Source: Felis catus (taxonomy: Eukaryota). From it: a stretch of DNA of 64,000 nucleotides. The stretch lies in NCBI RefSeq assembly GCF_018350175.1, contig NC_058368.1, positions 173,974,001 to 174,038,000 on the forward strand, given 5' to 3'. The stretch's first letter is position 1; each line of letters opens with the position of its first letter. Below the pieces are notes generated by a model that searched no databases, had not been told where the DNA came from, and saw only the letters and a list, made by a program, of their open reading frames with translations. Below, in pieces: positions 24,001-35,734 of the stretch. The translations under genes were made by a program, and so were the position numbers.

Positions 24001-27000
24001 GTTTGGGTCCTTTCCTTTTTTTTTTTTTTTTTTTAATCAAACTGGCTAGTGGCTTATGAATTTGTTAATTCTTTCAAAGAACTAGCTTCTGATTTCATTG
24101 ATCTGTTCTACTGTTTTATTTTGGTTTTGATAGCATTAATTTCTGCTCTAATCTTTATTATTTCCTGTCTTCTGCTGGTTTTGGGTTTTATTTGCTGTTC
24201 TTTTTCCAGCTCTTTAAGGTGTAAGGTTAGGTTGTGTATCTGAGATCTTTCTTTCTCTTTTAGGAAAGCCTGGATTGCTATATACTTTCCTCTTATGACC
24301 GCCTTTGCTGCGTCCCAGAGGTTTTGGGTTGTGGTGTTATCATTTTCATTGGTTTCCATATACTTTTTAATGTTCTCTTTAACTTCTTGGTTAGCCCATT
24401 CATTCTTTAGTAGGATGTTTTTCAGTCTCCAAGTATTTGTTGCCTTTCCAAATTTTTTCTTGTGGTTGATTTTGAGTTTCATAGCATTGTGGTCTGAAAA
24501 TATGCATGGTATGGTCTCGATCGTTTTGTACTTGCTGAGGGCTGGCTTGTGTCCCAGTATGTGGTCTATTCTGGAGAATGTTCCATGTGCACTGGAGAAG
24601 AATGTATATTCCACTGCTTTAGGGTGAAATGTTCTGAATATATCTGTTGAGTCCTTCTGGTTCGGTGTGTCATTCAAAGCCATCGTTTCCTCATTGATTT
24701 TTTGATTAGATGATCTGTCCATTCCTGTGAGTGGGCGGTTGAAGTCTCCTACTATTAGGGTATTATTATCAATGAGTTTCTTTATGTTTGTGAATAATTG
24801 GTTTATATATTTGCGAGCTATCACATTTGGAGCATAAATGTTTACAATTGTTAAATCTTCTTTGTGGATAGACCCCTTAATTATGATATAATGCCCTTCT
24901 TCATCTCTTGATACATTCTTTATTTTAAAGTCTAGATTGTTTGATATAAGTGTGGCTATTCAGGCTCTCTTTTATTGACCATTAGCATGATAGATGATTC
25001 TCCATCCCCTTACTTTCAGTCTGAAGGTGTCTTTAGGTCTAAAGTGGGTCTCTTGTAAACAGCATATGGATGGGTCTTGTTTTCTTATCCATTCTGTTAC
25101 CCTATGTCTTTTGAGTGAAGCATTTAGTCCATTGACATTTAGACTGAGTACTGAAAGACAAGAATTTATTGCCAGTATGTTGCTTGTAGAGTTGGAGTTT
25201 CTGGTGGTGTTCTCTGTTCCTTTCCAGTCTTTGTTGCTTTTGGTATGTATGTATGTATGTATGTATGTATGTATGTATGTATGTATGTATTTCATCTTTT
25301 TCCCCTCAGAGAGTCCCCCTAAAATTTCTTTCAGGGTTGTTTTAGTGGTCACGAACTCCTTTAATTTTTGTTTGTCTGGGAAACTTTTAGTCTCTCCTTC
25401 TATTTTGAAGGACAGCCTTGCTGGATAAAGAATTCTTGGCTGCATATTTTTCTGATTCAGCACATTGAATATATCCTGCCACTCCTTTCTGGCCTGCCAT
25501 GTTTCTGTGGATAGTTCTGCTGCAAACCTAATCTGTCTTCCCTTGTAGGTTACGGACTTTTTTTCCCTTGCTGCTTTCATGATTCTCTCCTTGCCTGAGT
25601 ATTTTGTGAATTTGACTATGATATGCCTTGTAGATGGTCGGTTTTTGTTGAATCTAATGGGAGTCCTCTGTGCTTCCTGGATTTTGATGTCTGTGTCTTT
25701 CCCCAGGTTAGGAAAGTTTTCTGCTATGATTTGCTCACATAACCCTTCTCCCCCTATTTCTGTCTCTTCATCTTCTGGGATCCCTATGATTCTGATGTTG
25801 TTCGTTTTTAATGAGTCACAGATTTCTCTAATTCTTAAATAGTGCTCTTTTGCCTTAGTCTCCATCTTTTTTTTCTGCTTCATTATTCTCCATAAATTTG
25901 TCCTCTATATTGCTGATTCTCTGCTCTGCCTCATCCATCCTTGCCACTGTGGCATCCATTCCAGATTGCAGCTCAGTTATAGCATTTTTTATTTCATTCT
26001 GACTAGCTTTTATTTCTTTTATCTCCGCAGAAAGGGATTCTAATCTATTTTTGACTCCAGCTACTGTTCTTATTGTGGTGATTCTAAATTCTGTTTCATA
26101 CATCTCGCTTGTATCTGTGTTGGTTAAGTCCCTGGCTGTCGTTTCTTCCTTCTCTTTCTTTTGGGGTGAATTCCTTCATTTCATCATTTTGAAGGGAGAA
26201 AAGGAGTCAATGAGGGAAAACATTTTTTTAAAATTAAAATTAAAAAATTAAAAACAACAAACACATAAAAAAATCGAATAAATGATGGTAGATCCTAGGT
26301 GTGTTTTGGTCTGGGTGTTGAAAGAGGCTTGATAGATTAGAGAAAAGAAGCAGAAAGGAAAAAAAAAAGCAATCGTTTGAAAATTTGAAAAAATGAATCC
26401 ATTGAAATAGAATAAAGTGAAATGATGGAAGTAAAATCGAATTTGAAAAAATTTACACAAAGGTTAAAAATATAGTAGAAAAATTAAAGAAAAATATTTT
26501 TAATAAAAATTGAAAATAAAAATTTTTTTTCATTCTGTATCAAGAAAAAGAAAAGAAATGAAAAGAGGAAAAAAAGGAAATAAAAAGATAATTGAATGGA
26601 TGGACCAGTGAACAGCCTGAGATATGATTGAATTTACTTCTATTTCACCTAGAAGTCAAACTTTGAAGCTCTTTATAGTCCGTAAACCAAGCAGGCAGAG
26701 ACTTGTGTTGAAGAGTTAGGTTGGCCCAGTTGGGCTGGGCTTAGTGTAATGGCTCTGTTCTCCAGTAGATGGCGCCGTTTAGCTTACTGGGGTGGATTGT
26801 TGTGTTGCTTGTAGGTGTGTATGCGCATGTGTGGGAGCGGTGGAAATGGAGTCACCCAGCTACCCAGTCTCTGGTATTGGAACTCAAATACCAGCAATGG
26901 CGCATCCATCCTTTGTCTTCTGCTTCTGTCCACTCCCTGCTTTTATGCTGTCCGTGACGAAGCCCCAGGCAGTACCTCCCTCCTGAGTTTTATCTTAGAT

Positions 27001-27865
27001 GTGGCTGTGTTTCCCAACACCTTACTTCTGAAGGACTGCAGCTTTGACCTGTTCTGCCCCTCTGCAGGAGGGTCTCACTGAGCAATGTCTGGGTGCTGGC
27101 TACACCCAGGAATGTTCGCAGGACTGTGCTGCTGCCAATGCCCAGAGACTGTGGCTGGCTGCCAGCCTGCCCCAGAACAAGTTCACGTGATTGTGTAAAA
27201 GCGCGTTTCAGCGATAATGGCAAATCACAACACACATCTGGCACCAGACTTCACCTCCAACAACCTTGTTCCAGCACCAGTGAATGTGGTTGTTCACCTG
27301 GGTCCACTGGGTCCTTTGGGGGAGCCACACAGCCTCTACCACATGGCCTCCCAGCAGGGGAGCCACCTCTTCCTGTGTGGCCTGAAGATCCCTGGACCCC
27401 CCTCTGCTCCTGGGGATTCGCCCTTCCCACCAGGGCACCACCAGGTATCAAGCTGTTGAGCTTCAGACTCTGAACTCCCCCTGTTTATAGCGTCTTAATG
27501 GAATTTAAGCCCTCTCCTTTCTCCTTTCTCCCTTTTTAGGTCAGTCTCTGCAGTTGTTTCCACTTTTCCACTTTCTCTCCAGCTGCTTTTGGAGGGGGGC
27601 GCTTTTACCTTATTCTTCCCCCCATCTCCGTCCGCAGTCTGCAAGCAAAAACAGCTCTCTACTCTCCGTGGCACCTCTCTCCCCCAGTTCACCTCTCCGT
27701 GCCATGTACCTACTGAATTCTGTGGTTCACGTTGTGGAGATTGTTGTGTTAATCCTCAGATCAGTTTTCTAGGTGTGCAGGATGGTTTAGTGTTGATCTG
27801 GCTGTGTTTCATGGATGTGAGACGCAAAAAACCTTCCATGCTGTTCCACCATCTTGGCTGCTCCC
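21073..27865 (-). mobile_element. Full-length but inactivated feline L1 (L1-B, ~6.8 kb)
   Basis: 5' end GGGAGCAGCCAAGATGG; ORF1 (ITIRTVAGVKNRLE..., RILYPARLSFK); ORF2 endonuclease (CCLQETH, SRIDHILGHK, SDHNAMKL) and RT fragments with stops and frameshifts; TSD ttacctctt(t/c)ttt at 21060-21072 and 27866-27878 followed by AA. Confidence 0.97.
25244..25290. repeat. (TATG)n microsatellite in the L1-B inter-ORF spacer
   Basis: Read directly. Confidence 0.9.
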
Positions 27866-29559
27866 TTACCTCTTCTTTAAGGAAGCCTCATTTTGTCCCA
27901 TTGTTATACTGGGGATCTGACTTGTTACACATTCACTTCTTATCAGAAGTCCCTCATTTGTTTTCCTGTTTTGTGACTGTCTCCCCAACTTTTCTGACAC
28001 ATCCATTGCTATATCCCCAATCTCTAGCAGGTGCCCAATACTACCAATCAGATGCTCAGTAAAATTTTATTAAATAGATGACTGATGGGAAAGTAGTGAA
28101 CAGTTTGGGCAGAATTCCCACCAGGCTGTCAGTACTTGCTTTTGTGAAGGGTGGGTTTGTGGGTAGAGCAGAGGAGGGAAAGAAGTCGGGTCATGGGGGG
28201 CTGAGAAAGTTAAGTCCTCATTTAGCACTCACAGTGACCCAGAGAGGTGGGCGGCATAGCCCCCAGTTCATACTATATGAAACAAGCTTGGAAGGATTGG
28301 TTTCCTTGCTCAAATGGTACAGCTCTCAGGTGGAGGAGCAGGATTAAAACCTCTGTGTGAGGCTCCAAAGCCCAGGTCCTTCCCAGTAGGTCGGTCACAC
28401 CCTGGAACCACATGCCATTCAGGCCCTACCTGAACCAAACTCCCCGGGGGACTCTAACATCCTGCTAGGTTGGGAATCACTGCCCTAGCCCCTGCTGATT
28501 CTCCAGACTGTGGAAAGGTGGGTGGTGTCACAGGAATGGCACAGGAGTCCTTGGTGCATAGAGGAAGAAGGATTCCTGAAAAAGGACTTGGCTTGGTCCT
28601 AGAAGAGTGGGTAGGAACAGCCCATGGAGGAGGGTTGAGGCCGCAGTCTAGTATAGGCAAAGGTGTGGAGACACGGACCATCCTGGCCAGGTGTGACTGA
28701 CAAGGAGCTTGGGCAGCAGTGGGGGACTGTGGAGAGATGGGCTTTCCTTTAACAGTCCTTGTGCTGAGGAGAGAGGGTTCACCCAAGCTTTGGACTGTTG
28801 TGCTTTGTCATGACAACTCATCTCCTCTGGGTCTGGTTATGTAAGGGTCCTATTAGGGCTTTGGCCTCTCTAAGCTCCTGTCCCACTATTATTAGAGTCA
28901 CAGAGAGGTAGTTAAAGACTGGGATTTTCCCATGAAGGAATTTTGGGTAGAATTAGGTGGACTTTGGCCTGGTGACTCCATTAAATAAAGACGAGAACTT
29001 GTATGGGAAGCCTATACTCATTCAGACTTCAGAGCCTGCAGCATGAGGCCTCAGCCCAGCTTCCTAACCAGTTTGGTCCCATCTGGGTGGGAAGTGCTGG
29101 GTCTGTGGTGTCAGATAGTGCCAGGCTCTTACCTGGGCCTTGCCACTTGCTGGCTGTGTGAACAAAGACATGTCTTGTCACCTCTCTGAGCTTCAGGTTC
29201 CCCCTTCTGGGAAGTTAGACTTTCCTACAGGTGAGGAATTAAGTGTCATCCTGTATGCTCAGTACTAGGGGAGAGCTTGCACACAACACAGAAAGTGCTT
29301 GATCAGTGTTAGGCTCTTTCCTCTCATGTCCCCTCTCTGGATTTAAGGAAGGGGTGACAAGAATGGGGCTACAGAGGTAGATTGGGGCCAGCTGTGAAGG
29401 GACCTAACCACTAGCTCCTTAGAGTTAGACCTAAGACCTGCCAGCGAGGTTTTAAGGGCTTCAAGCAGCAGGGAGTTGTGTTTTAGGAAGACCATTTGGG
29501 GTGGCATGGAGACTTGACGATTCAGGGAGCAGCATGTTTCTGGAAGCAGCATGGTGTAA

Positions 29560-29681
29560 TGCAGAGGAGTCCTCTGGAGGGCTTGTTAAAGCAAATACTG
29601 CTAGGTCTTGCCCTCAGAGTTTTAGTTCCCTGCAGTGGGGTTGGGGGCCTGAGAACTTGAAGTTCTCACAGGTTCCTGGGG

Positions 29682-29718
<37 letters not shown>

Positions 29719-29720
29719 AA
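29560..29720 (+). mobile_element. MER5A-like hAT-Charlie remnant ending in (CTG)10 at 29686-29715
   Basis: cttgttaaagc...ctcagagttt...ggggttgggggcctgagaac...ttctcacaggttcctggg resembles recalled MER5A. Confidence 0.65.
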
Positions 29721-30172
29721 GTGGATAGGTACCAGGGCCCAGCCCAGGGTGCTGCTGGGTATGAACTCCAGATCTTCCACTTTGTAGTTAGCCATGCAGC
29801 CTGGGCCAAGTCCCCAGACCCGTGTGAGCCTGTGTGTGTTTCCTCATCTGTAGGTGGGGGGTGGGGGGGGATACTGCCCACTCCCAAAAGATGTTGTAAG
29901 AATTCAATGAGATAATGTAAGTGCTCAGCCCAGTGCCTGAAGTCAGCATTCACTAGGCTGTTTATTATTTTTATTAAAACCAGTGAGAAGCCTGTTGCAG
30001 AAGTGCCAGGGAGAGGTGAAGGAGAGGCTGAACGAGGCCAGTGGCTGAGTGATGGAGAGGAGGGGATCTGGTTTCTCTGGGAAGCCCCAAGCCCTGTGAT
30101 CCTCATCAGAGTCTGGTTTCACCTCCTTTCTTCACTGGAAACTTGCTTTAAATCCGCGGGCTGGTCCCTTTC

Positions 30173-30191
30173 TGGCCACTAGAGGGCAGTG
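30173..30191 (+). promoter_or_regulatory. Strong CTCF-like motif
   Basis: TGGCCACTAGAGGGCAGTG, near-consensus, in unique CpG-containing sequence. Confidence 0.7.
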
Positions 30192-31179
30192 GAGGCAAGG
30201 CCGCGCAGAGGGAGGTGGGCGTCCTGAAGATTGGCGCTGGTCTGTGCATTCAGCCTTTCTTCGTGCTCTGAAGCCTAATTATGTATTTGCATTGCGCTCT
30301 CCTCTCCCTCCTTGGCTGTGTTTGCTGACGTTTTTTGGAAAACACTTCTAATCGCAGGGCACCTCTGAGTTCCTGCTTGTCTTGTGGCTGAGGATTAGCC
30401 ATAACCGAAGCGTCCTGCTTTCTGGCAGCTGTGTTTATTTCTCAAGGGCACAAGCAGAGCAGAACATGGGGGCCTGGGCCCTGCAGCTCAGGAGAGCCTA
30501 GGATGAACCACAGTTGTCCTTCTGCCAGTTCGGAACTTGGCCTGTTCCATCTTGCATTCCTCCCCCGCTCCCCAGCCCTCGCCTGCACCCTTTGATCCTG
30601 TGGGTGGAGAAATAAAGGGAATTCCAAATCCTTAATCCATTTTGAAGGCTGGCTGGAAGCAGGGCTTTCTAGGGGCCTGGTAAAACAGCACCGGTGGAGT
30701 CATTTCAGAGAAGTGTGAGTGCTCTTTCAAGGTCATAGAGTGTGGTGACGGAAGGAAAAAGAGAGCACATGTATACTATTTGATGGTATACCTTGTGCCG
30801 AGCCCTGTACTTTGATGAGTTGCTTTATTCTACAAGAATAATGAAAGTACCAGTGACAGCTACCTGCTCTTACTGATTGTGCTAAGTGATATTCCCATAT
30901 TTGCTCTCTTCACCCTCTTAACTGCCCATGACGCATTATTAATTAATCCTGAAGAAACGGACTTGGAGGGGTTACAGTGGGATGCATTGGGCCAAAGGAT
31001 GGTGCTGCTGGAAATTCAGACCGATGCGTCTCACTCCAGAATCTAAGTCTTTCTGTCAGCAATATTGGGTATGGGCAGTTCTATTTTAGCTCCTTCCAAA
31101 GTGGGGTATATAGACAATAGGAAGGAGAAGGCCAGCCTGATGACAGAACAGCCTACTAAGTACTCATGATCCCATATTA

Positions 31180-31650
31180 TGGTAGACCAATTAAAAGTAT
31201 GGATCTGGAGCCAGATTACCTGGGTTCAAATCCTGACTCTGCCACCTACTGTCTCTGTGGCGTTGGGCAAATTCTTTGGCATCTGGGCCTCATTTTCCTC
31301 ACTTGTAAAATGGGAGAAGATAATAGTAGCTACCTCACTAGTGTGCTCTGAGGGTTAAATGAGTTAATACATGCAAAAGGCTTAGATCAGTGCCTGGTAC
31401 AAATAACTCACTAGGGGCGCCTGGGTGGCTCATTCAGTTAAGCATCTGACTCTTGGTTTTCGCTCAGGTCATGATCTCACAGTTCATTGGGCTCTGTGCT
31501 GACAGCATGGAGCATGCTTGGGATTCTCTTTCCTTCTCTCTCTGCCCCTCCCCCCACTCAGACTCACTCTCCCTCTCTCTCTGTCTCTCTCTCTCTCAAA
31601 ATAAGTAAACTTAAAAAATAAAAATAACTCTAAATGTTAGCTCTTATTAT
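31180..31650 (+). mobile_element. MIR interrupted by a carnivore SINE (31414-31622)
   Basis: MIR core ctgggttcaaatcctgactctgccac...tgtaaaatggga; SINE flanked by aaataactc. Confidence 0.8.
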
Positions 31651-32269
31651 TGTCATTATTTTTAACCATCATGCTATCTTCACCTCTGTTATCTTGGTGC
31701 CTGGCATATACTAGGGGTTGGCGTATGTTTATTGAATGAGATGAGCCCTTGGATTCAGGAAATATTTTCTGAGCTCTGGATGGTGCCAGGTGCTAGCTTG
31801 GTATATAAATGGTTCCATTTTAGGCTTCTCAGTCTGGTGGAGACGTCAGGCATGGGCGCTCATTACTGCACAAGGCAAAAACATTCCATGGAGGTCCCGA
31901 TGTGAGTAAGAGAACTTTTGGAGTGGGGTAGGGGTGTGGGCCAGTTTCAGAGAAGACAGCCTTTGTATTAGACCTTTAAAGATGGGTGGAGGAGGAGGGA
32001 AGAGTGGGCCAGGCCAGAGAATTCAGTTTTCTTGGGCCCAGTATGCCTCCAGCTTCACAAAGGATCATCAAGTTAAGTTGGATTTTCATTCATTCAATAA
32101 ATATTCATCAGGCATGCCTGGAGTCACGTACTGAGACACAGTGGTGGCCTTGACCCAGTCCCTGCCCTCAAGTGACCTGGGTCTAACCAGTCAACATCCA
32201 AGGACACAACTGATGATAGTTCAGTGTGATGAAGGGGCCATATTGACTCAGAGCCTGTTAAGATACATG

Positions 32270-32790
32270 TGAGAGACAATTGATTCTGACTGATTTAAGT
32301 AGAATGGTGATTCAGTGGCTCACATACCTGGAATATATTCAGGTGTGACTGGATCCAGTCTCAAAAGAGGTCCTTAGGAAATTGTCTCTTCCCATCTCTT
32401 CTCCTTGCCTTTCTCTGTGTTGGCTTCATTCTGTGACAGTCTGTCCCTTTGCAATGCCTCAGGTGCCCCCCCAGGAGCTTCTGGCTTCCCTTTTACCAGC
32501 TCAGAAATCCCAGTAGAAAGAGGGTGCCTTGTTTTCAATGGTTTGCTCTAATGTCATGGGACTTAGTCTCACTGGACATCTTTGGTCACATGCATTCATT
32601 GGGGCCAAGGGGATCATCTACTCGTCCTGCATGGAATTGGGAAAGTATAGGGCATATAGTTCTGCCCAAATAACATGAATTGAGGTAGTAGATGGTGGGG
32701 TGTGAATGTGAATCCCCAAAGAAATTCAGATGCTGTTACCAGAGGTAGGTAGAATAGATGTTTAGGCAAAATCCACAGATGTCCACTATA
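32270..32790. mobile_element. MLT1-like (MaLR) LTR remnant
   Basis: tcaggtgtgactggatccag...tctctgtgttggcttcattct...ggtcacatgc...aaatccacagatgtccacta resembles recalled MLT1. Confidence 0.55.
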
Positions 32791-34542
32791 GCTACTATGT
32801 GGGAAGAGAATAATCCACTGGCTAAGAGCCCTGGCCTGGGACTACAGTTCCCTGTGAGAGAATCCCAGTTTCACCATTCACAAGTTGTGTGACCGTGGCC
32901 GGCTCACTCACCTGTCAGTCTGCCTCTCAGTGTCCCATCTACAAAGCGGGAGTGATGGATCAACATTGTAGGCCTGAATCAGTTGGGAAAGCACATTGTA
33001 GAGGGATCAGGCAAGCTCCAGAGGGTGTCCCTGCAGTTTGACGTGGCATGAAGTCTGAAGTCTCCGCATTGTTACCTGATCAGTTCCAGGGCAGCTGTCC
33101 AACAGACAGGCAGCCAAAGTCCTCTGGGTTCAAGTTCTCAATCTGCCACTTACTGGCTATGCTTTCCTCCTCCATGAGTGAGGATCATCGTTCCTGCCTC
33201 CCAGGGTCATTGGGAGAAGTGATGAGGCGACATACAGACAGTGCCTGGCACGTAGCAGTCTGTAACTAATGATAGACGTGTTCTCAGCACAATTACTACT
33301 CCAGAGCATGTTAGGAGTCCAGGTGTGACTCTGGCAGGACAGGCCACGTGCTCTGTGAAAAAACAACCATCCTTCTGGATAGAGTGCATTTGGCTATCAG
33401 CCGGGGCCTTGGGAGGCTTTGTGTAGCCTGGCCCTTCCCTCCTTCCTTTCAGCTTGAGGAGGGTACACCCTCACAGAGGTTCATGTTTCACTCTTAATTA
33501 CCCCTTGGGCTCTACTATCAGCCGTCTTTCATTTCCATAAAAAGGCTCTCAGCCAGACAGTTTGAACAGAATCTCATCTGGAGTGTGTTAACTTTTCTCT
33601 CCATCGTTGGCAGAGATCTGGAATCGGCTCTGCATTAGGACAAGCTGTAAATAAACACATATTCGCTTAAATGTGGCTCCTGCTCCTATCCCATAGCCTT
33701 ATCTTAATTTGGGCAGCTTTAAGTCATGGAACACAGAGTGTTTGGAAAAGACCTTAGAAATCATTGAATCCAGTCTACCCATTTTACAGAAGAGTAAATT
33801 GAAGGTGTTTTGTTAACTTGCTAACATTCATACACATCACTTAATATGGACAGAGATGGAAATCAGGTCTTCTGACTCTTAGTCTGAAACTTTACCAGAA
33901 TAACCTGGTGTTTCAACTTCATTCCTTCAGCAACATATGTTGAACATCTGGCCCTATTCTAGGTGCTGTGCAAATGAATAAGAAACAGTCTCTGCCCTTC
34001 AAGTGCTTATGATCTCTTCATCTATCCATCCAGCCAGCCATCCATTGTCTGTTCATCTTTCTATCAGTCTCCTTTTCTCTTTGCCCATTCCTGAATCATA
34101 CATCTGCTTACCTCTTTATCCATTCATGCAGCCATCAATGTGTCTGTAAGGTCCCCAGTCCTGTGCTTGTGCGAGGGAACGAGATAAGTACAAATCAATC
34201 TTTGCTCTGTGGGCTTTCACATATTGTGGAGAAAGATACAGAAAGTAGCGTCTAAAGAATCTGTGATGGGCTCTGGCTGTACACAAAGGGGTACTTACAG
34301 TTCTTCCTATTATTTCTGAGAAGGCTCATTCTGAGGGTAAAAATAGAGCTGCACCTTGGGTAGGAGTTTCCTAGTGGGGAAGGTGGGGGGAAAAAAAAAC
34401 CCTTCTAGGTGAGGGAACAACAGGGGAAAAGGCATGAGGATGGCTGGTGGGCTTGGGAGGGGGAGGAATTCCATTTCATTTGATGACTCCTCCAAGGAGT
34501 GAACTGGCTGGCTGATAGTCAAGACAGGATGTTGAAAGCTGT

Positions 34543-34543
34543 T

Positions 34544-34590
<47 letters not shown>

Positions 34591-34806
34591 TATTTTTATT
34601 ATTAAAAAATTTTTTTAATGTTTATTTTTGAAGGAAGACAGTGAATGAGGGAGGGGCAGAGAGAGAGGGAGACACAGATTCCGAAGCAGGCTCCAGGCTC
34701 TGAGCTGTCAGCACAGAGCCCAACGCGGGGCTCAAGCTCACCAACCGCGAGATCATGACCTGAGATGAAGTCGGACGCTCAGCCGCCTGAGCCACCCAGG
34801 TGCCCT
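34543..34806 (-). mobile_element. SINEC_Fc-like SINE with (TTTA)n tail
   Basis: TSD gaa(a/g)gctgtttta on both sides. Confidence 0.9.
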
Positions 34807-34859
34807 CGAAGGCTGTTTTAAAAGGAACTTGAATGTCATACATTCATAGCCAGAATGTC

Positions 34860-35460
34860 ACTCTATGGGCATTTGGAAATCACTGTGGTCTTTAGGAAGA
34901 AGTAAGTTAGGGCATTGGGCATTTTAGAAAGATCATCCTAAGCAGCAGAGTCAGGGGGAAAGGCTGGAAGTACAGGAGTGTTTTTAAGGCCTCTTCTGAC
35001 AGCCCAAAGGGAGTTGACATCAGGGCCTGAATAAAGATGTGGACAGTGGAGATGGGGCCTAAGTGGTGGGGTCTGAGCGACACGTGGAGGAAGAGTTAGC
35101 AGAACTTGAATGGTGTCTTACTGTTTTGAGACCCTAAGAGAGAGAGGGACGAGTCGGAAAAGACTTTGAGAAGTCTGATGAGTGATAGGTGCCATTTGCT
35201 GAGTTCAAGACCAGAGAAGGAAAAGGATTTTGGGGGTGCAGGGACAATTATGCATTCGATTGTAGTCATGCTGCTTTTGAGGCATCTGTGAGACAGCTAG
35301 GGAGACATGTAGGATGCGGTTAGCTGTAGGATCTGGAGCTAACGAGCGATAGGGCTGGGGGTGGACATGGTGGGCTGTCCAGAGTGTGGAGTGTTGATTG
35401 CATACGGAGTGGCAGGCATAAAGCTGGAGCTGAGATTAGGACCTAGACCTTGTTACTGGA
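34860..35460 (+). mobile_element. LINE-2 remnant
   Basis: ttttagaaagatcatcc...gtggagatgggg...tttgaggcatctgtgagacagctag L2-like. Confidence 0.6.
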
Positions 35461-35734
35461 GAGGACTGGTCTGTTGGACCGCAGCAGGCTGCCCTGGAGA
35501 GGGAGAAGAGGGAGTGGTGGAATTGTGTGCCTTTGGATAACTGTGCCAGCTTATGTAAGTTGTTAACATCAGGGGAGCTGGGGGAAGGGTATTTGGAAAC
35601 TATCTGTGCTGTCTTTGCAATTCTTCTGTAAGTGTAAAATTATTTAAAAATAAAAGTTAAAATAAAAACGATCTGAAGTGAATTGTACTGGTTATAGCAG
35701 TTATCCTTTATGAATGCATTATCTTTTTTCCTTT

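Noticed and set aside
24972..25883. 303-aa ORF1-ORF2 fusion ORF
   Set aside because: By-product of a frameshift removing the ORF1 stop; it runs through a (TATG)n repeat, lacks the ORF1 N-terminus and stops early in the endonuclease domain
29666..30106. 146-aa ORF with poly-Ala
   Set aside because: The poly-Ala comes from the (CTG)10 repeat and the rest crosses MIR-like sequence
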